From Longimicrobiales bacterium (GTDB lineage Bacteria; Gemmatimonadota; Gemmatimonadetes; Longimicrobiales; Gaopeijiaceae): a stretch of DNA of 64,000 nt. The translations under genes and the position numbers were made by a program. This document shows positions 28,395 to 38,797 of the stretch, piece after piece (positions within the stretch are counted from its first letter, which is position 1; each line of letters starts with the position of its first letter). The stretch covers positions 3,072,001 to 3,136,000 of the forward strand of contig OZ241892.1 of assembly GCA_965203485.1 (NCBI GenBank), in the 5' to 3' direction. The notes beneath the pieces were generated by a model, which saw only the letters and a program-made list of their open reading frames with translations, made no database searches and was not told where the DNA came from.

Positions 28395-29666
28395 TCATGC
28401 CCCGCTCCCGGGTTCGTCGTGGCTCAGCAGCGCCGCCAACTCTTCGGGATCCAGGGTCACGCCCGCCTTGCTTCCCGATCCGCCCTTGCGCCGCCGCTTG
28501 CGGGGCGCTGGATCGCTCCCTTCGCGGACAGTGCCGCCGGCGAAGTCGAACTCGGGGTGGTGGACGCGCTCCAGCTTGCGGCCGAGCTCGTATTCCAATG
28601 CGCGAAAAGCGCCCAGGTCGGCGGCGGCCACGAACGTCACCGCCTCGCCGGTGGCGCCCGCCCGTCCGGTCCGTCCGATCCTGTGGACGTAGTCGTCGGG
28701 GTCCAGCGGCACGTCGTAGTTCACCACGTGCGAGATGCCCTCGATGTCTAGTCCTCGCTGGGCGATGTCGGTTGCCACGAGAACGCGCACGGAGCCCGCG
28801 GTGAAACGTTCGACGGCCCGCGTCCGGTCGCGCATCTGCCGGTTCGAGTGGATGACGTCGCACGAGACGCCCGCCGCGTTGAGCCGGGTCCGCAACACGT
28901 CCGCGCCGACCTTGGTGCGGGTGAAGACGAGCACCTGCTGCCACTCCGGCTGCTCCAGGAGATGGGCGAGCAGGTCGGGCTTCTTCTCGGGACGCACGGA
29001 GTAGGCGACCTCGCTGATGCCTTGGGCCTTCGTGCCGGACGGCGTCACCTCGATCCACGCGGGATCGCGCGTCATGCGGAGCGCCAAGTCGTGGACCGGG
29101 TTGGGCATGGTGGCCGAGAACAGCAACGTCTGGGGCCTGCGTCCCAGGCCCCGGACGACATCCTCGATTTGGGGCCGGAAGCCCATGTCCAGCATCCGGT
29201 CCGCTTCGTCGAGGATGAGGATGCGCACGCTCTTCAGCTTGGCGCTGCCGCGTTTCTGCAGGTCGATCAGCCGGCCGGGGGTTGCAACGATCACTTCGTC
29301 GCCGCGGGCCAGCGCGTCCGTCTGCGGGCCGTAGGAGACCCCGCCGTGAATCACCGAGCAACGGACGTTCGACCCCTTGGCGAATGCAACGGTGTCGTCC
29401 TGCACTTGGCGGGCGAGTTCGCGGGTGGGGCAGAGAACGAGCGCCTGGAGTCCCCCGCCGGCCTCGATGGCGTCGAGGGAAGGCAACATGAACGCGCCGG
29501 TCTTGCCGGTGCCGGTGCGGGCGATGCCGACGAGGTCGCGGCCTGCCCGCAACGGAGGAATGGCCTGCGCTTGGATGGGCGTGGGCTCGGTCCAGCCCAA
29601 GGCGTCCACGGCGGCGAGCCGCGGCGCGGAGAGTCCCAGGCTCGAGAACGTGGTCGCTTCGATCAA
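28395..29666 (-). CDS. DEAD-box RNA helicase (RhlE-like)
   Basis: PTPIQ; TGTGKT; PTRELA; DEAD; SAT; HRIGRTGR. Start (TTG) approximate. Confidence 0.93.
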   Translation of the reverse strand: MIEATTFSSLGLSAPRLAAVDALGWTEPTPIQAQAIPPLRAGRDLVGIARTGTGKTGAFMLPSLDAIEAGGGLQALVLCPTRELARQVQDDTVAFAKGSNVRCSVIHGGVSYGPQTDALARGDEVIVATPGRLIDLQKRGSAKLKSVRILILDEADRMLDMGFRPQIEDVVRGLGRRPQTLLFSATMPNPVHDLALRMTRDPAWIEVTPSGTKAQGISEVAYSVRPEKKPDLLAHLLEQPEWQQVLVFTRTKVGADVLRTRLNAAGVSCDVIHSNRQMRDRTRAVERFTAGSVRVLVATDIAQRGLDIEGISHVVNYDVPLDPDDYVHRIGRTGRAGATGEAVTFVAAADLGAFRALEYELGRKLERVHHPEFDFAGGTVREGSDPAPRKRRRKGGSGSKAGVTLDPEELAALLSHDEPGSGA

Positions 29667-29922
29667 CAGACGTCCGGGGAATGGTGTGGCGGGATTTCGG
29701 GCGCTCCAGTGCGCGGCCCGAAGCGCGAAGCGTCGCCGAACAAGGAGCGCTCCCGCACGTGGTCTTCGCGATCGCACAAATCTATTGCAGGGAAGCGGGA
29801 TCATGGAAGGGCGGAATTCGCCGGGGGCATTGTTCGGACGGTTGGGTCCAGCGGCCGCTCTTCGCGCCTGCGGCACCCCCGGCACCTTGCGGCGACAAGG
29901 CGCGCCCCCGAGAATCGAGAGC

Positions 29923-30417
29923 ATGACAGCGCCTGAAAGCGGCACGTCCGTTCTCTTCGTTTGCCTCGGCAACATCTGCCGCTCTCCGTTGGCCGAAGGC
30001 GTCTTCGCCTCGATGGCCGCCGAACGGGGACTCGCCGAACGGTTCGAGATTGATTCCGCGGGCACGGCGGGCTACCACAGCGGCGAAGCGCCCGACCCGC
30101 GTTCCGTGGCGGTCGCGGACAAGCACGGCATCCGCCTCGTTGGGGCCGCCCGTCAAGTAACTCGCGCCGACTTGGCCCGTCCCGGCCTGGTAGTAGCCAT
30201 GGACGCCAGCAACCGCCGGTCCCTGGAGCGCCTCCTCGGCCCGCGCGACCAAGCCGAAATCGTGGCCATGCGCGACTTCGACCCCGACGATCCCGGCGGC
30301 GACGTGCCGGACCCGTACTACGGCGGCCCCGGCGGCTTCGACGACGTCTACGAAATCCTGGACCGTTCCTGCCGGGGCCTCCTGGACGAGCTGGTCCGGC
30401 GCGCGGCCGGGGATTGA
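29923..30417 (+). CDS. Low-molecular-weight protein-tyrosine phosphatase
   Basis: VCLGNICRS; DPYY. Confidence 0.95.
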   Translation: MTAPESGTSVLFVCLGNICRSPLAEGVFASMAAERGLAERFEIDSAGTAGYHSGEAPDPRSVAVADKHGIRLVGAARQVTRADLARPGLVVAMDASNRRSLERLLGPRDQAEIVAMRDFDPDDPGGDVPDPYYGGPGGFDDVYEILDRSCRGLLDELVRRAAGD

Positions 30418-31364
30418 GCGACGCTCCGGCCGCGGCCGCGCTCCTAGCCGCCGGCCTGTCCCCAAGCGACCTCCGCTCCGTCGCTCCAGTTGGCGGGGGT
30501 TGCATCAACGAGAGCGCTCGCCTCGAGACGCGCGCGGGCAACTTCTTTCTCAAGTGGAACCGCGACGCCGACGAAGAGTTCTTCCGCGCCGAAGCCGAAG
30601 GACTGGAGGCGCTGGCGGCAACCGGAACCGTGCGGATTCCCCGGGTCGTTGCCCGGAGCGAGAACGGCGTTGCCGTCCACTGGCTGCTGCTTGAGTGGAT
30701 CGAGCGAACGTCCGGCGCCGCACCGGATTGGGCTCGGCTCGGCCGGGAACTGGCGGCCCTGCACGCGCACCTGACATCGGCGGACTGCCCGGAGCCGCAT
30801 CGCCGGGAACCGGTCGACCCCAAGTCGTCCCGGCCGCGCCCGGCCCCCGGCCTCTACGGCTGGCCCTCCCCCAACTTCATCGGCCCACTGCCCCAGCCCA
30901 ACCCGGAGACCGCCGATTGGCCGGCCTTCTGGACTCGCAACCGAATCCTTCCGCTGGCAAGGGAGCTTCGGGCCTCCGGCACCCTCTCCGTTCGCGACGC
31001 CGACCGGATCGAACGGGCCGCCGCCCGCATGGAGGCCCTCCTCGAGCCCGCCCCCACCGACGGCCCGTCGCTGCTGCATGGCGACCTGTGGTCGGGCAAC
31101 GTGCTCTTCGACGCCCACGGCCGCCCGGCGCTGATCGACCCGGCTGTGTATCACGGCCACCGCGAAGCAGACCTGGCGATGGCCGCGCTCTTCGGCAGCT
31201 TCGGTCCCGCGTTCGACACGACCTACCAAGAGGCGTGGCCTCTGCTGCCCGGCCACGAGGAGCGTCGCCCCGCCTACCAACTGTACCCGTTGCTCGTCCA
31301 CGCCCGCCTGTTCGGCGGCGGCTACGTGGGCCAGGCCGTGGCGACCGCGCGGCGCGTGGGCTAA
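30414..31364 (+). CDS. Fructosamine kinase family protein
   Basis: GGGCIN; LHGDLWSGN; IDPAVY.GHREADL. Confidence 0.93.
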   Translation: MSDAPAAAALLAAGLSPSDLRSVAPVGGGCINESARLETRAGNFFLKWNRDADEEFFRAEAEGLEALAATGTVRIPRVVARSENGVAVHWLLLEWIERTSGAAPDWARLGRELAALHAHLTSADCPEPHRREPVDPKSSRPRPAPGLYGWPSPNFIGPLPQPNPETADWPAFWTRNRILPLARELRASGTLSVRDADRIERAAARMEALLEPAPTDGPSLLHGDLWSGNVLFDAHGRPALIDPAVYHGHREADLAMAALFGSFGPAFDTTYQEAWPLLPGHEERRPAYQLYPLLVHARLFGGGYVGQAVATARRVG

Positions 31365-31439
31365 GCTGGACTGCCACCGCCTCGCCGCCTACCTTCCTCC
31401 CAAGCAGGGTCCATCCCGGCCACGACGCCCACGACCACC

Positions 31440-32612
31440 GTGCTCCAAGACAAGTACCGCCGCATCGATGTCGGCTCCGACGACGGGATTGACGAATCCA
31501 TCGACGGCGCGATCGACCTGCTGAACGGCCATTTCGATCCGGACGACTTCTTTGTCACCCGAGCCGACAGCGCATTCCAAGTGTGGTTGCGGCAGGTAGA
31601 CGTCACGGCCTTGGACAATGCCGTGCGGGCTACGTTAGCCACACACGCCGGTGCTGAACCGCTGCGACAGATCGTGCCGGCGGTCACGGCCATCGGCGCG
31701 TACGGAGTCAACGGCAAGAAGCGCCTTTATGTAGGGTACAACCGCGAACGCAAGGTCGTCGGCCGCAAGACGAAGGAGCGTCGGCGCGGAAAGCACTACT
31801 ACGCGAACGGAGCCGGGTTCAGCAAGCGCGAATGCGCCCTTCCAATCGCCGTCGCCGACACGATTGTCTGTGGTGACAGCGAGCAAGTTCTGAGACGGTT
31901 GCCGAACAACTGCGTCGACCTCGTGTTCACGTCTCCCCCGTACAACTTCGGTCTGGGATATTCCGACGCCAGCACCGACAGGGGCGATGCGATTGACTGG
32001 GATTCGTACTTCTGCAAGCTATTTGCCGTTCTCGACGAATGTGTGCGCGTGCTCAAGTTCGGCGGCCGACTCGTGGTGAATGTGCAACCACTGTTTTCCG
32101 ATTACATCCCGAGCCATCACATTATTTCCGGCCATCTGATGAAACGCCGTTTGATCTGGAAAGGGGAAGTTCTTTGGGAGAAGAACAACTACAATTGCAA
32201 GTACACGGCATGGGGCAGCTGGAAGAGTCCGTCCAGTCCGTACCTGAAATACACTTGGGAGTTTCTGGAAATCTTCTGCAAGGGAGACTTGAAGAAAACT
32301 GGAAAACGAGAAGATGCCGACATCGACGCGGACCAGTTCAAGGAATGGGTTGTGGCAAAATGGTCGATCGCGCCGGAACGGAGAATGCGCGAGTATGGGC
32401 ATCCCGCCATGTTTCCGGAAGAACTCGCACGCCGAGTGCTGTTGCTGTTCAGTTTTCGAGGCGATACTGTCCTCGACCCCTTCTGCGGAGCGGGAACGAC
32501 GTGTGTTGCCGCCCGCAAGCACGGTCGCCGGTTTGTCGGCATAGATGTTTCCAGCACGTACTGCCAAGCAGCCGAGAAGCGGTTGGCGGACGTGCCGTTG
32601 TCGATGTTGTGA
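31440..32612 (+). CDS. Site-specific DNA methyltransferase (beta class, N4C/N6A) with N-terminal extension
   Basis: TSPPY precedes HPAMFP and DPFCGAGT. Confidence 0.92.
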   Translation: MLQDKYRRIDVGSDDGIDESIDGAIDLLNGHFDPDDFFVTRADSAFQVWLRQVDVTALDNAVRATLATHAGAEPLRQIVPAVTAIGAYGVNGKKRLYVGYNRERKVVGRKTKERRRGKHYYANGAGFSKRECALPIAVADTIVCGDSEQVLRRLPNNCVDLVFTSPPYNFGLGYSDASTDRGDAIDWDSYFCKLFAVLDECVRVLKFGGRLVVNVQPLFSDYIPSHHIISGHLMKRRLIWKGEVLWEKNNYNCKYTAWGSWKSPSSPYLKYTWEFLEIFCKGDLKKTGKREDADIDADQFKEWVVAKWSIAPERRMREYGHPAMFPEELARRVLLLFSFRGDTVLDPFCGAGTTCVAARKHGRRFVGIDVSSTYCQAAEKRLADVPLSML

Positions 32613-32613
32613 C

Positions 32614-33117
32614 ATGGAGGAGCCATTGTCACGGGAGGACTTGATAACCCTGTATGAAACGGAAGTTGGTCACATTGATACAAAAGCCACGAGAAGTGAC
32701 GACAGAGCATACGGAGGAATCGTTCGTGCCCGCAAAGGGAAATTGGTAGACGATGAAATCGTCCTTGGGATCGAATGCAAGACTTACGCGGAAAATGCGA
32801 TGCTAAAAAGAATCCTTGTAGACTTCAATCTCCTGAAGGTATTGCATTTTGATTTGACGTGCTGTCTTCTTCAACTCGAGAGTATGCTCGGGGGCCACTA
32901 CGCTCATCCATTGGCCTCGCCTCAATTGGGTAGTCCTAGTTCTCACGTGCTGATGTCACTTTTTCCGAATGTCCGACTCAACGTCGTTACGTTGTTGGAA
33001 GGAGAACGGAAGGTAACGAAGCCGATTCACAAAAAGGAATTCTTTAAGCCGATGAAGCTCGCGTCTCTTGATCGCGCCATCGAACAGTTCGGCACGCTGT
33101 TGAGGCCGCATGCCTAG
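32614..33117 (+). CDS. Putative type II restriction endonuclease, possibly internally deleted
   Basis: Abuts the MTase; AT-rich; LGIECK (ExK) motif; only 167 aa. Confidence 0.55.
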   Translation: MEEPLSREDLITLYETEVGHIDTKATRSDDRAYGGIVRARKGKLVDDEIVLGIECKTYAENAMLKRILVDFNLLKVLHFDLTCCLLQLESMLGGHYAHPLASPQLGSPSSHVLMSLFPNVRLNVVTLLEGERKVTKPIHKKEFFKPMKLASLDRAIEQFGTLLRPHA

Positions 33118-33230
33118 ACGGGACTTCCGAAGGGCTTAACTGGCCGTTGGCCTTTCCTCAATGGGGCAACCCTGGTCCAGAGATCGGCTAGTCTGCTAAT
33201 CGCAGCCGAGGCTCCGTCCAACCCGACGAT

Positions 33231-33601
33231 TCATGACGCCATCCTCTCATTGTATTCGTCGCACGCCGAAGCCAAACTGCACGGAGCCGGCGGCCGAAGC
33301 GCGTTTCGCCTGCACATATCGGCCAGCTCTTCAACGTGTCGTTGACACTCACGTGGCCGAGACAGGCGCCGATAGTCGCGCTTGTTCTCGTCGACGTCCT
33401 CGCCGTCCAAGTACGCTAACCACATCTCGATTCGCCATGTGGGCACGGCGATCAAGACCCGTTCTGCGGATCTCAAGAACGCGACGCCTCGGGTTGTGCA
33501 GGCCGCCTTCAGCTCGGTCCTAGCAGGAGAGACATCTCGCGCAGGCGGAGCTCGAAGTTGACCAGACACTTGTAGTTGTCCACCCACAGTCTGCTGAACA
33601 T
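33231..33601 (-). pseudogene. Deletion scar joining an ABC/AAA ATPase N-terminus to the C-terminus of its partner gene
   Basis: MFSRLWVDNYKCLVNFELRLREMSLLLGP stops at the Walker A start; another frame carries AVPTWRIEMWLAYL...PCSL..AC.EY. Confidence 0.65.
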
Positions 33602-33892
33602 TGTTGTGCAACTCCCGGGCGAGGTCGGCCCTGTTCGTGGCCGCGTCTTGGCGCGGACGCGTGCGCCGCTAGGCGGAGCGACGGCGCACCACGCGAGAAG
33701 GTATCTCCGTGGACCCACGAGTCAATAAGCCGCCGATCATGGGCACGCGGCGATGGCTTCGGGGCGGCGCGGCGAGGCGACTTGGCGTTTTCCGACCGGT
33801 GAGCTCAAGGGGACACGCGAGGGTTGCGGAATGGGACACATCATCGGACATTTCAGGCATTCGAAATCCGGGGCGCGCCATCGCCCGGTCGG

Positions 33893-34576
33893 CTACGCCG
33901 ACCCAGGCGACCGGGCCTTGACCGCGACGGCCAATCCGTCCCCGACGGGCAGAATGGTCGCCGTGAAGCGGGTGTCTCCCGCGAGGCGCTCGTTGAAGCG
34001 GTGCACATGCTCCGAAAGGCCGCCGGGGCGCGGCGCGAGCACCCGTCCCTTCCAGAACGCGTTGTCCGCCAGGAACAGGCCACCGGGACGCAACAGGCGG
34101 GCCGCCTCGTCGAGGTAGGCGGCGTAGCGTTCCTTGTCCGCGTCCACGAAGACGGCGTCGAAGCAACCATCGGGCGCGAGCGCGGCCATCTCGGTCAGGC
34201 CGTCGCCGACGCGCACGTCCACCCGGTCGGCGACGCCGGCTCGGGCGAGCGACTTGCGGGCCACGTCGGCATGCCCTGGATCGGCTTCCACGGTGACCAG
34301 CCGCCCGCCCGGCGGCAGGGCGCGGGCGAGCCAGACGGCCGAGTAGCCGCCGAGCGTGCCCACCTCGAGAACCCGCCGGGCGTCCGTGGCCTGCACCAGG
34401 ACTTGAAGCGCCCTTGCGGTTGCGGGCGGCAACTGAATGCAAGGCAGTCCGGCGTCGTCCGCGGCCGCCACGGCGTGGCGGAGGCCCTCGTCCTCGCGGG
34501 CGAATAGGCGGCGGACGTAGGCGTCCAGCCGGTCGTGGTCGAACTCGGACGGGGCGGGCGCCCCGTGGGCCGTCAT
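33893..34576 (-). CDS. O-methyltransferase (Methyltransf_3 family)
   Basis: LEVGTLGGYS; FVDADK; ADN. Confidence 0.92.
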   Translation of the reverse strand: MTAHGAPAPSEFDHDRLDAYVRRLFAREDEGLRHAVAAADDAGLPCIQLPPATARALQVLVQATDARRVLEVGTLGGYSAVWLARALPPGGRLVTVEADPGHADVARKSLARAGVADRVDVRVGDGLTEMAALAPDGCFDAVFVDADKERYAAYLDEAARLLRPGGLFLADNAFWKGRVLAPRPGGLSEHVHRFNERLAGDTRFTATILPVGDGLAVAVKARSPGSA

Positions 34577-35760
34577 CCCGCCAGCACTGCCGCCATGCGC
34601 CGCACGCCGGCCTCGATGTCCTCGTCCGACGAGGCCGTGCTCATCCTGGCGTAGCACGGGTCGCCGAACGCTTCGCCCGGGACGATGGCGACGCCCGCCT
34701 CTTCCAGCAGCCTCGAGCACAGGTCGCTCGCGCAGGCGGCCTTGTCGTCGAACGCCCCGTCCACGCGGAAGTAGAGGTAGAAGGCGCCCATCGGCTTCAC
34801 ATAGGCGAAACCCGGCAAGAGCTCGTCGAACAGCCGCGCCACCAGATCGCGGCGGCGGCGAAACGCCTTCAGCATCTCGGCCCGGTCGCCGCCGCCGGGA
34901 CGGGCCTGCTCGAGTCCCGCGACGGACGCCACCTGCGACGGCGTCGCCGCGTTGAGCGAAACGTGGCTCTGGAGCGCGCCCATCTTCTTGGCCAGATCGA
35001 CCGTCGTGTAAGAGAAGCCGACGCGCCAGCCCGTCATGGCGAAAGCCTTCGACATGCCGTTGACGGCCACGACGTGGCCCGTGCTCTCGGGCGAGAGGTC
35101 GAGGATGCCCGGCGCCCGGTCGCCGCCGCCGAAGTATATCTCGCGATAGATCTCGTCGCAGATCAACGTCACGCCGCGGCCCTTCGCCCACGCGGCCACG
35201 GCGGCCAGCTCCTCGGCCGAGTAGACCGCGCCGGTGGGGTTGGAGGGCGTCGAGATGATCAGCCCGCGGGCCGCCGGCGACGCGGCGTGCTCCAAGTCGT
35301 CGGGCGTCAGCAGGAAGTCCCGCCCCGCGCTCCCCGTCACGGGCTTCGGCTCGGCGCGGGCGAGGGTCACCATCTCGGGATACGAAGTCCAGTAGGGCGA
35401 GCCGATCAGCACTTCGTCGCCCGGCCCGAACAAGCAGAAGCATGCGTTGAAGAGCGACTGCTTGGCGCCTGCGGACACCACTATCCGCGCCGGATCGGCC
35501 TCGTAGGAGGTGCCTTGGGTCATGTACTCGGCGGCCGCCCGGCGAAGTTCGGGCAGGCCGGAGGAAGCCGTGTAGCGCGTTCGCCCTTCGGCGATCGCCC
35601 GCCTCCCCGCCTGCCCGATCCAGGAAGGCGTGTCGAAGTCCGGCTCGCCCGCGCTCAGGTTGATGATGTCGCGGCCTTCGGCGGCCAGCTTCTTGGCGAG
35701 CGTGCTGACGGCGATGGTCGCCGACGGCTGGAGCTTGGCGATGTTGTCCGAGAAGTTCAT
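34573..35760 (-). CDS. PLP-dependent class I/II (aspartate) aminotransferase
   Basis: GEPDF; PSNPTG; DEIY; SKAFAMTGWRVG. Confidence 0.95.
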   Translation of the reverse strand: MNFSDNIAKLQPSATIAVSTLAKKLAAEGRDIINLSAGEPDFDTPSWIGQAGRRAIAEGRTRYTASSGLPELRRAAAEYMTQGTSYEADPARIVVSAGAKQSLFNACFCLFGPGDEVLIGSPYWTSYPEMVTLARAEPKPVTGSAGRDFLLTPDDLEHAASPAARGLIISTPSNPTGAVYSAEELAAVAAWAKGRGVTLICDEIYREIYFGGGDRAPGILDLSPESTGHVVAVNGMSKAFAMTGWRVGFSYTTVDLAKKMGALQSHVSLNAATPSQVASVAGLEQARPGGGDRAEMLKAFRRRRDLVARLFDELLPGFAYVKPMGAFYLYFRVDGAFDDKAACASDLCSRLLEEAGVAIVPGEAFGDPCYARMSTASSDEDIEAGVRRMAAVLAG

Positions 35761-35866
35761 GCGGGCGTGGCCTCCGGCTCTTTCGGCCTTGGGAAGGAAG
35801 GTTCACGGCGTTGGACGGGCGCTTGGATGTTGCGATGGGCAACCCGTCGCCGCAACTTCGCCGACG

Positions 35867-36457
35867 ATGCTGACCACCGGCCCGACGTTCTTCTTCGACT
35901 TCGTCGATCCGGGATCGTACTTGGCCAGCTGCGTGATCGACCAAGCCGGCGCCGAAGCGGGCCTCGACTGGCGGGGCGTGGAAGTCAGGCCCTTTCCCGG
36001 CCCGCCAGTGGACGTCCGCGCGGCGGCGTGGGCCGACTACCAAAGACGCATGTCCGCATACGCCGAGGCGCTGGGCGTCGCCATGACCGAGCCGGCCGCG
36101 GCGCCGTGGACGCGCAAAGCTCACGAGCTCGTGGAGCTTGCGCGGCGGCGCGACTGCTACGCGGGCGTGCGCCGCGCGCTGTTTCGCGCCCACTTCGTGG
36201 AAGCCGCCGACATCGGGCGCGTGGACCGCCTGGTGGACATCGCCCGGCACGAGGGCCTGGACGCCACCGAGGCGAAGGCCGCGCTGGACGTGGACGCCTA
36301 CGCGGACGCCGTGGCCAGCAACCGAGCGGCCGCCGAGGAGCAGGGCGTCCACGAAGCGCCGGTCTTGGCCGACCGGCGAGGACGGCTGGCAGGATTTCGT
36401 TCTCCTAGCGAAATTGTGCGCTGGATTCGGGACGCGGCGGGCGAGGACAACGCATAG
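35867..36457 (+). CDS. DsbA/FrnE-like thioredoxin-fold protein without CxxC
   Basis: FFDFVDPGSY; LFRAHF; GV..AP. Confidence 0.75.
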   Translation: MLTTGPTFFFDFVDPGSYLASCVIDQAGAEAGLDWRGVEVRPFPGPPVDVRAAAWADYQRRMSAYAEALGVAMTEPAAAPWTRKAHELVELARRRDCYAGVRRALFRAHFVEAADIGRVDRLVDIARHEGLDATEAKAALDVDAYADAVASNRAAAEEQGVHEAPVLADRRGRLAGFRSPSEIVRWIRDAAGEDNA

Positions 36458-36559
36458 GCTTCCGTCGGCGCGGCGCGAAACGGCAACGAAGACCGTGGCG
36501 GTGAACCGAGCGTCGGCGGGCCGGTCACGGGCTAACCAAGCAGGAAGGCGAAGCGTCAG

Positions 36560-36862
36560 ATGGCGGGATACCACCGCAAGACCGTTCTCGGACCGGCCGA
36601 CGTGCTCGACCAAGCCGAGCGACGCCTGCCCGAGTTCGCCGGACTCAAGCGGTCGCGGCGCTCCTCGCACGGCGCGACGTACGCGGGCGACGAGGGAACG
36701 GTCGTGCTCACGGCGCACCGGCACGGCCCGTACACCGAGGTCACGGCCCAGACCGACCGGCTCCGAACGTCGAGGATGGACTACGAGGTCCAGCGTTTCC
36801 TGAACATGCTGCCGTACGAGCCCGGCGACGCAGGCGGGCCGGGAACAGGCGACCCGACGTAG
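36560..36862 (+). CDS. Hypothetical protein
   Basis: 100-aa ORF with RBS and good codon usage. Confidence 0.7.
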   Translation: MAGYHRKTVLGPADVLDQAERRLPEFAGLKRSRRSSHGATYAGDEGTVVLTAHRHGPYTEVTAQTDRLRTSRMDYEVQRFLNMLPYEPGDAGGPGTGDPT

Positions 36863-36869
36863 CCCCGGC

Positions 36870-38714
36870 ATGACGTCGTTCGACGAGCTCCGGCTCGGTC
36901 CCGAGATCGTCGCCGCGTTGGCTGCCGAGGGCATCGAGACGCCCACGCCCTTTCAGGCGGCGGCGATCCCCGTCATCGCCCGAGGGAACGATCTGCTGGG
37001 AAGGGTCGGCGCCGGCGGGGGCGCGATGGTGGCGTACGCCGCGCCGCTGCTGGGCCGCGTGGACGCCGGCGGGGACGGGCCGGTGGGCCTGGTCGTCTGC
37101 GCTGGGCAACGGCAGGCCACCCGGCTGGCGAGGTCCCTGGCGCCGCTGTGCGAGGCGACGGGCCACCGCGCCGCCGCCCTGGGCAGGCCGTGGAGGGAGC
37201 CGGAGCGCGCCGACTTCCTGTTCGTGCCGGCCGACGGCATCCGCAAGCTGTTCGACGGCGGCGTGAGCACCGAGCGCGTGCGCGCGGTCGTCCTCCACGA
37301 CGGAGACGCCGTCTTGGCCGCGGTCCCGGAAGACCATGTCGAAGCGCTGCTCTCCGGATTGCCGGACGACTGCCAGCGCATCTTCTGCGGCTTGCCCTTC
37401 GGGCCCACGCTTCAGTCGGTCGCCCGGCGGTTCACGCGCCGGGCCGCCACCGTGCCGTCGCCTGCGCGCGACGAGCAGGGCGGGAGGAAAGGAGGCGGGG
37501 CGCCGCGAGGCCGCAGGGTTGGCCAGCCTTCCGGCACGCGGGCTCTCCACTGCGTCGTCGCGCACGGCGGGCGCATGGAAGCCACGTTGGCCCTGGCCGC
37601 CGAGCTGCTCGAAGGGCCGGTGGACCATGTCCTTGTTTTCGCCTCTTCGGCGGACCAAGCCGCGGACCTGGGCGACTTCCTGGAGGTGCACGGGTTCGCA
37701 GCGGGTCCACCAGGAGACGAGCACGCTCCCGTCTGGCTCTCGCCGGACGAAGACGGGGCGGCGAGGGAGGCCCTCGAGGCCGCCCCGAACCCGAGGGCGG
37801 TCGCCACCGTGTCGGCCGCGGCCCCGCCGGCCGCGGAGGCCGTGGCCCATCGCCACGAGATCGGCGGGCCCGCGTGGGTGATCGCGGAGACGCGCGAGCT
37901 GCGCCATCTGGAGATCGCGGCCCGCGAAGCCGGGTTCGCCCTCAGGCGCGTCCGGCCCCGGCGGGAGACTCGCGTCACGGAGGCCGTCGACGCCCTGGCC
38001 GAAGAACTCGCCGAGGCCGCGCGCTCGCCGGAGACGGCGCCCTATGCGTTGCTGGTCGAGGCGCTGGCGGGCGAGCTGGGTCCGACGGAGATCGCCGCGG
38101 CGGCGCTGGCGCTCCTGCACCGGCAACGCGCGGACGAAGGACGGCCGGCGGCGGAAGGAGCGCCGACGGCGTGGGTGCGCCTCTTCCTTTCGTGCGGTGA
38201 GCACGACGAGATCGGCCCCAGGGAGATCGTGGGCGCGATAGCCAGCGAGGCGGGCGTGGCCGGCGAGCAGATCGGCAAGATTCAGGTGCGCGACCGGCAT
38301 GCGGTCGTCGAAGTGGCCGAGCCGGAAGCGGCCAAGGTCGTCAAGGCCCTCAATGGAATCACGCTGGGAGGCCGCAGTCTTCGCGTCGACTACGACCGCC
38401 CGCGCGAGCGAAGGCCGGCCAGGCAGGCACGGGACGCATCAGGCAGGCGTCGCGGGAAGTCGCCGGACGCCAAGCCGGCCGCCGAGAAGCGGCCCAAGTC
38501 GTGGCGGCCCGGCACGAAGGAATCCGCCGGAAGGCAGTCCCCCTCCCGACGCCCGAAGGGAGCCTCGGGCAAGCGATCTCCCTCGACGCAACCACGCACG
38601 AAACGGACCGCCGGGAAGCGTTCCGGCGCCAAGAAGGCAGGCACGGGCTTGCCCGGCGGCAAGCGCACTTTCGAAAAGAAGGCGCGCAAGCCACCGGCCA
38701 AGAGTCCCGGCTAG
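36870..38714 (+). CDS. Degenerate DEAD-box-like protein with DbpA RNA-binding domain and basic tail
   Basis: F.EL.L and PTPFQ Q-motif kept; LFLSCG..D.I.P.EIVGAI..E DbpA domain; ATPase motifs lost. Confidence 0.8.
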   Translation: MTSFDELRLGPEIVAALAAEGIETPTPFQAAAIPVIARGNDLLGRVGAGGGAMVAYAAPLLGRVDAGGDGPVGLVVCAGQRQATRLARSLAPLCEATGHRAAALGRPWREPERADFLFVPADGIRKLFDGGVSTERVRAVVLHDGDAVLAAVPEDHVEALLSGLPDDCQRIFCGLPFGPTLQSVARRFTRRAATVPSPARDEQGGRKGGGAPRGRRVGQPSGTRALHCVVAHGGRMEATLALAAELLEGPVDHVLVFASSADQAADLGDFLEVHGFAAGPPGDEHAPVWLSPDEDGAAREALEAAPNPRAVATVSAAAPPAAEAVAHRHEIGGPAWVIAETRELRHLEIAAREAGFALRRVRPRRETRVTEAVDALAEELAEAARSPETAPYALLVEALAGELGPTEIAAAALALLHRQRADEGRPAAEGAPTAWVRLFLSCGEHDEIGPREIVGAIASEAGVAGEQIGKIQVRDRHAVVEVAEPEAAKVVKALNGITLGGRSLRVDYDRPRERRPARQARDASGRRRGKSPDAKPAAEKRPKSWRPGTKESAGRQSPSRRPKGASGKRSPSTQPRTKRTAGKRSGAKKAGTGLPGGKRTFEKKARKPPAKSPG

Positions 38715-38797
38715 GCAGGCACGGGCGGGCGCGGACGCCCGGACCGAATCCCGATCCAGCGTCGCGCGGTCCCTCAACCCGGAGGGTTCGGTCGCTC

